DNA from: a bacterium
GTDB lineage: Bacteria > Arandabacterota > Arandabacteria > Arandabacterales > Arandabacteraceae
Direction: 5' to 3'
Length of the DNA stretch: 44,333 bases
Assembly: GCA_025774115.1 (NCBI GenBank)
Contig: JALGWN010000001.1
Coordinates: forward strand, 1-44,333
In this document: piece by piece, positions 42,040 through 44,333 of the stretch
How positions within the stretch are numbered: position 1 is the first letter of the stretch
Layout of the letters: each line of letters begins with the position of its first letter
Made by a program: the position numbers and the translations under genes
Notes under the pieces: model-generated
What the model saw: the letters and a program-made list of their open reading frames with translations, nothing else
What the model was told of the DNA's origin: nothing
The model's database searches: none

Positions 42040-42098
42040 CACTGCCGCGGCCGCGATGATCTGCAGGCATTACGGTAAGCGCAACACACGGTAAGCGG

Positions 42099-42671
42099 AT
42101 GAAGCCTACGGGTATCTTTGAAGCACATATTTGCCTTCAGCCGAGTCCGTTCGGTCCGGTGGCCTTAGTCTGGTCTCACTATGGATCAAAGTCCCGGGTG
42201 CTTCGCATCTATCTCTCGAAACCCGGTCCCGCCGCCAAACGGCAGGCATCGGCTTCTTATCTGGAGGCAACGAGTGCCTCATGCCCGGAGATTGACGCGC
42301 TTGCCAAAGACATCGTTGCCTTTCTCCAGGGCCAGGACATAAGATTCGAGCTGGAGCATATCCGCATGGACCTCTGCTCACCTTTCCAGCGCAGGGTGCT
42401 ACGGGCCGAACATGCCATACCGCGGGGCCGGGTGGGCACCTACGGGCGGCTTGCTAGGCATCTTGGAAGTCCTGGGGCGGCGCGTGCGGTGGGTAACTGC
42501 CTGGCCACCAATCCCTTCCCCATCGTAATCCCCTGCCACAGGGCTATCCGTTCCAACAGGACATTGGGCGGATATCAAGGTGGGGTAGAGATGAAACGCG
42601 CCCTCCTCGAAACGGAAGGCATCCGGTTCGACAAGTTCGGACGGGCCGTGGTCAGGGAGTTCTTCTACTGA
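42099..42671 (+). CDS. ogt: Methylated-DNA--protein-cysteine methyltransferase, second paralog
   Basis: 190 aa with IPRGRVGTYGRLARHLG...ARAVGNCLATNPFPIVIPCHRAIRSN (the PCHR motif). Confidence 0.85.
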   Translation: MKPTGIFEAHICLQPSPFGPVALVWSHYGSKSRVLRIYLSKPGPAAKRQASASYLEATSASCPEIDALAKDIVAFLQGQDIRFELEHIRMDLCSPFQRRVLRAEHAIPRGRVGTYGRLARHLGSPGAARAVGNCLATNPFPIVIPCHRAIRSNRTLGGYQGGVEMKRALLETEGIRFDKFGRAVVREFFY

Positions 42672-42750
42672 AAGCCTGCGGGTGACAATCGCCCGTCTTT
42701 GCCCAGGGGCTTCGACGTGACACCACGCCGTAGCCTTCGGCGTAGGCGGG

Positions 42751-42826
42751 TGGTGGAGCTGACGGGGATCGAACCCGTGACCCCTTGTCTGCCAGACAAG
42801 TGCTCTCCCAGCTGAGCTACAGCCCC
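42751..42826 (-). tRNA. tRNA-Ala (anticodon GGC), CCA encoded
   Basis: The reverse complement reads GGGGCTGTAGCTCAGCTGGGAGAGCACTTGTCTGGCAGACAAGGGGTCACGGGTTCGATCCCCGTCAGCTCCACCA. The anticodon loop is CTGGCAG, and the acceptor stem contains the G3:U70 alanine identity pair. Confidence 0.92.
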
Positions 42827-42901
42827 AACCGTGCATTAATATAGCAGACACGACCCCCATGTCAATAGCTATCGCCGGCATCAGGGGTGGACCCCGGGCC
42901 A

Positions 42902-43018
42902 ACGTCGCGCACGGAGACGCGACGCTACAGAAACCTGCGTTGCCGTAGCGTCGTGACTCCTGTCGCGACGAACCATACCACAGCACACATTCGTTGCCAC
43001 GGGAGCGGCAACGCTTCG
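42902..43018. repeat. Cluster of three REP family 1 units in alternating orientation
   Basis: ACGTCGCGCACGGAGACGCGACGCTACAG (42902..42930), CGTAGCGTCGTGACTCCTGTCGCGACGAA (42944..42972) and TTCGTTGCCACGGGAGCGGCAACGCTTCG (42990..43018). A further head fragment, GACGCTACG, lies at 43030..43038. Confidence 0.8.
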
Positions 43019-43039
43019 AACACTGGAATGACGCTACGC

Positions 43040-43068
43040 TTGACACCGCCAGGTGCCATGAATATTAT
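43040..43068 (+). promoter_or_regulatory. Candidate sigma70-type promoter for tRNA-Leu (and possibly the DUF362 gene)
   Basis: TTGACA (43040..43045), a 17-nt spacer, then TATTAT (43063..43068). The mature tRNA 5' end is 10 nt downstream. Confidence 0.55.
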
Positions 43069-43077
43069 TGGGAGGGT

Positions 43078-43163
43078 GCCGGAGTGGTGAAACTGGTAGA
43101 CACAGTGGACTCAAAATCCACCGGGCCTCACAGTCCGTGTCGGTTCAAATCCGACCTCCGGCA
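43078..43163 (+). tRNA. tRNA-Leu (anticodon CAA), long variable arm, no encoded CCA
   Basis: GCCGGAGTGGTGAAACTGGTAGACACAGTGGACTCAAAATCCACCGGGCCTCACAGTCCGTGTCGGTTCAAATCCGACCTCCGGCA. The acceptor stem is GCCGGAG/CTCCGGC, the anticodon stem is GTGGA/TCCAC with loop CTCAAAA, and the T-loop is GGTTCAAATCC. Confidence 0.88.
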
Positions 43164-43185
43164 TATTTCATTATAGGAGGGCAAT

Positions 43186-44262
43186 ATGGCCAAGGTCGCA
43201 GTAGTGAAGACCAAACCCGAGACCGTGCTGGAAGACATAGCCAGGGCCATGAGAATGGCCGGCTATCGTGAGGCCCTGCCTCAGGACAAGGAGCTGGCAC
43301 TCAAGATAAACATCTCCTGGCACCACTGGTACCCGGCTTGCTCGACCACACCGTGGCAGCTCGAGGGTGTCATAAAGGCACTCGTTGAGGACGGCTACCC
43401 CAAGGAGAAGATCTACGGGGCCCACAACCGCACCGTGGTGGTGAGCGCGAAGACGGGCGAGGTCGCAAACAAGCACAAGCAGGTCCTGGAAAGGCACGGG
43501 ATACGGAACATCCACCTCTATGAGGGTGAGGAATGGGTGCGGTACGAACCCAAAACGAAGATGCTCGTCCTGGACTCCATATATCCGGAAGGTATTCACA
43601 TACCCAAACGCCTCGTCGGTTCGAACATCATACATCTGCCCACCATGAAGACCCATGTGTTTACCACGATAACCGGAGCCATGAAGAACGCCTTCGGCGG
43701 TCTGCTCCATGAACGTAGACACTGGACCCACTCGGTCATACATGAGACCCTGGTGGACCTCCTCAGCATCCAGAAGGAAATCCATCCGGGCGTCTTCGCG
43801 GTCACCGACGGGACCTTCGCCGGCGACGGGCCGGGCCCACGCTGCATGGTGCCCCATGAAAAGGATTTCATTCTGGCCTCCGCCGATCAGGTGGCCATAG
43901 ACGCCATATCCGCCAAGCTGATGGGCTTCGATCCTCTCAAGCTGGACTTCATTCGCCTGGCCTACGAGCACGGCCTGGGAGTGGGCGACCCCAGGGAGAT
44001 CGATATCGTAGGTGAGGACATCTCACAGGTGAACTTCCACTTCAGGGGCGCCCAGAACACCTTTGCAAGCCGAGGCCAGAAAGCCATCTATTTGGGGCCT
44101 CTTAAACCTTTGGAGAGACTGCTCCTCAGGACCGTTATAACCCCATGGTCCTATGCCGCGTCGAGATTATACCATGATGTCTACTGGTATAACCTAATCG
44201 GCAAGAAAAGGGTCAGGCAGGCGCTCGGCACAAAGTGGGGGAAGCTCTTCCTGGAATACTGA
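43186..44262 (+). CDS. DUF362 domain-containing protein
   Basis: 358 aa with VAVVKT...LKINISW..., LPTMKTHVFTTITGAMKNAFG and ADQVAIDAISAKLMGFDP, which I recognise as the DUF362 family. AGGAGG lies 6 nt upstream of the ATG, and the gene starts 22 nt after tRNA-Leu. Confidence 0.8.
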   Translation: MAKVAVVKTKPETVLEDIARAMRMAGYREALPQDKELALKINISWHHWYPACSTTPWQLEGVIKALVEDGYPKEKIYGAHNRTVVVSAKTGEVANKHKQVLERHGIRNIHLYEGEEWVRYEPKTKMLVLDSIYPEGIHIPKRLVGSNIIHLPTMKTHVFTTITGAMKNAFGGLLHERRHWTHSVIHETLVDLLSIQKEIHPGVFAVTDGTFAGDGPGPRCMVPHEKDFILASADQVAIDAISAKLMGFDPLKLDFIRLAYEHGLGVGDPREIDIVGEDISQVNFHFRGAQNTFASRGQKAIYLGPLKPLERLLLRTVITPWSYAASRLYHDVYWYNLIGKKRVRQALGTKWGKLFLEY

Positions 44263-44263
44263 T

Positions 44264-44290
44264 GGGGTCAGGTCGACTTGACCCCATTTG
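44264..44290 (+). terminator. Possible intrinsic terminator after the DUF362 gene
   Basis: GGGGTCAGG-TCGA-CTTGACCCC is a 9-bp stem (one G:U pair) with a 4-nt loop, starting 2 nt after the stop. It is followed by ATTTG only, so the U-tract is weak. Confidence 0.4.
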
Positions 44291-44333
44291 CTCTAAGATA
44301 GAGCACCAGGGCGTCCATGCCGAAAAGGATGAT

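Noticed and set aside
42399-43046. 215-aa minus-strand ORF spanning the ogt-2 3' end, tRNA-Ala and the REP cluster.
   Set aside because: It reads straight through a tRNA gene and palindromic repeats, and it overlaps a well-supported CDS. There is no protein-like motif.
44268-44333. Possible 3' end of a convergent minus-strand gene (one frame reads ...IILFGMDALVLYLRANGVKST*).
   Set aside because: Only about 20 codons are visible and all three frames are short. It cannot be distinguished from chance, so it is left uncalled.

Overview
This is a 44.3-kb, GC-rich bacterial chromosomal segment (genes look about 58-62% GC by eye), probably from an uncultivated lineage. I saw no rRNA, CRISPR array, transposase or phage genes. 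Positions 1-24709 are one unbroken minus-strand run of mostly housekeeping genes: pheT (5' part), pheS, rplT, infC, thrS, tRNA-Val(GAC), rpsA, ispH, plsC, cmk, rluB, scpB, scpA, trpS and an M50 protease. A four-gene glycan-type module follows (panD, an adenylate-forming ligase fused to a PanD-like domain, a CE4 deacetylase, a GT4 glycosyltransferase), then cca, xerD, an MBL hydrolase, ogt, uvrC and murJ. After a divergent promoter region come a GT2 glycosyltransferase and rpsT on the plus strand. Back on the minus strand are proS and a complete aldolase-type (PVM-like) bacterial microcompartment operon at 28143-34436: PduL, 2 BMC-H, 3 BMC-P, one PduT-like BMC-T, an acylating aldehyde dehydrogenase, a PduS-like flavoprotein and a class II aldolase. 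Just upstream of that operon is a SelW/Rdx-type selenoprotein gene that the ORF track truncates at an in-frame TGA. Further on are a lipoprotein, an 817-bp AT-richer non-coding stretch, a RACo-like 2Fe-2S/ASKHA protein with a cytoplasmic molybdopterin oxidoreductase, malQ, a second ogt, tRNA-Ala(GGC), tRNA-Leu(CAA) and a DUF362 protein. Intergenic spaces carry at least three dispersed repeat families; the clearest are GTAG-headed palindromes arranged as inverted doublets (REP/REPIN-like). The best candidates for something new are: (1) the stand-alone PanD and the ligase-fused PanD-like domain, which have lost complementary sets of catalytic residues and sit in a deacetylase/glycosyltransferase cluster; (2) the unannotated selenoprotein next to the microcompartment operon; (3) the PduS/PduT redox pair inside an aldolase-type microcompartment with no B12 enzyme; (4) the structured 817-bp non-coding region. 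All functional calls rest on motif recognition by eye, not on database searches.
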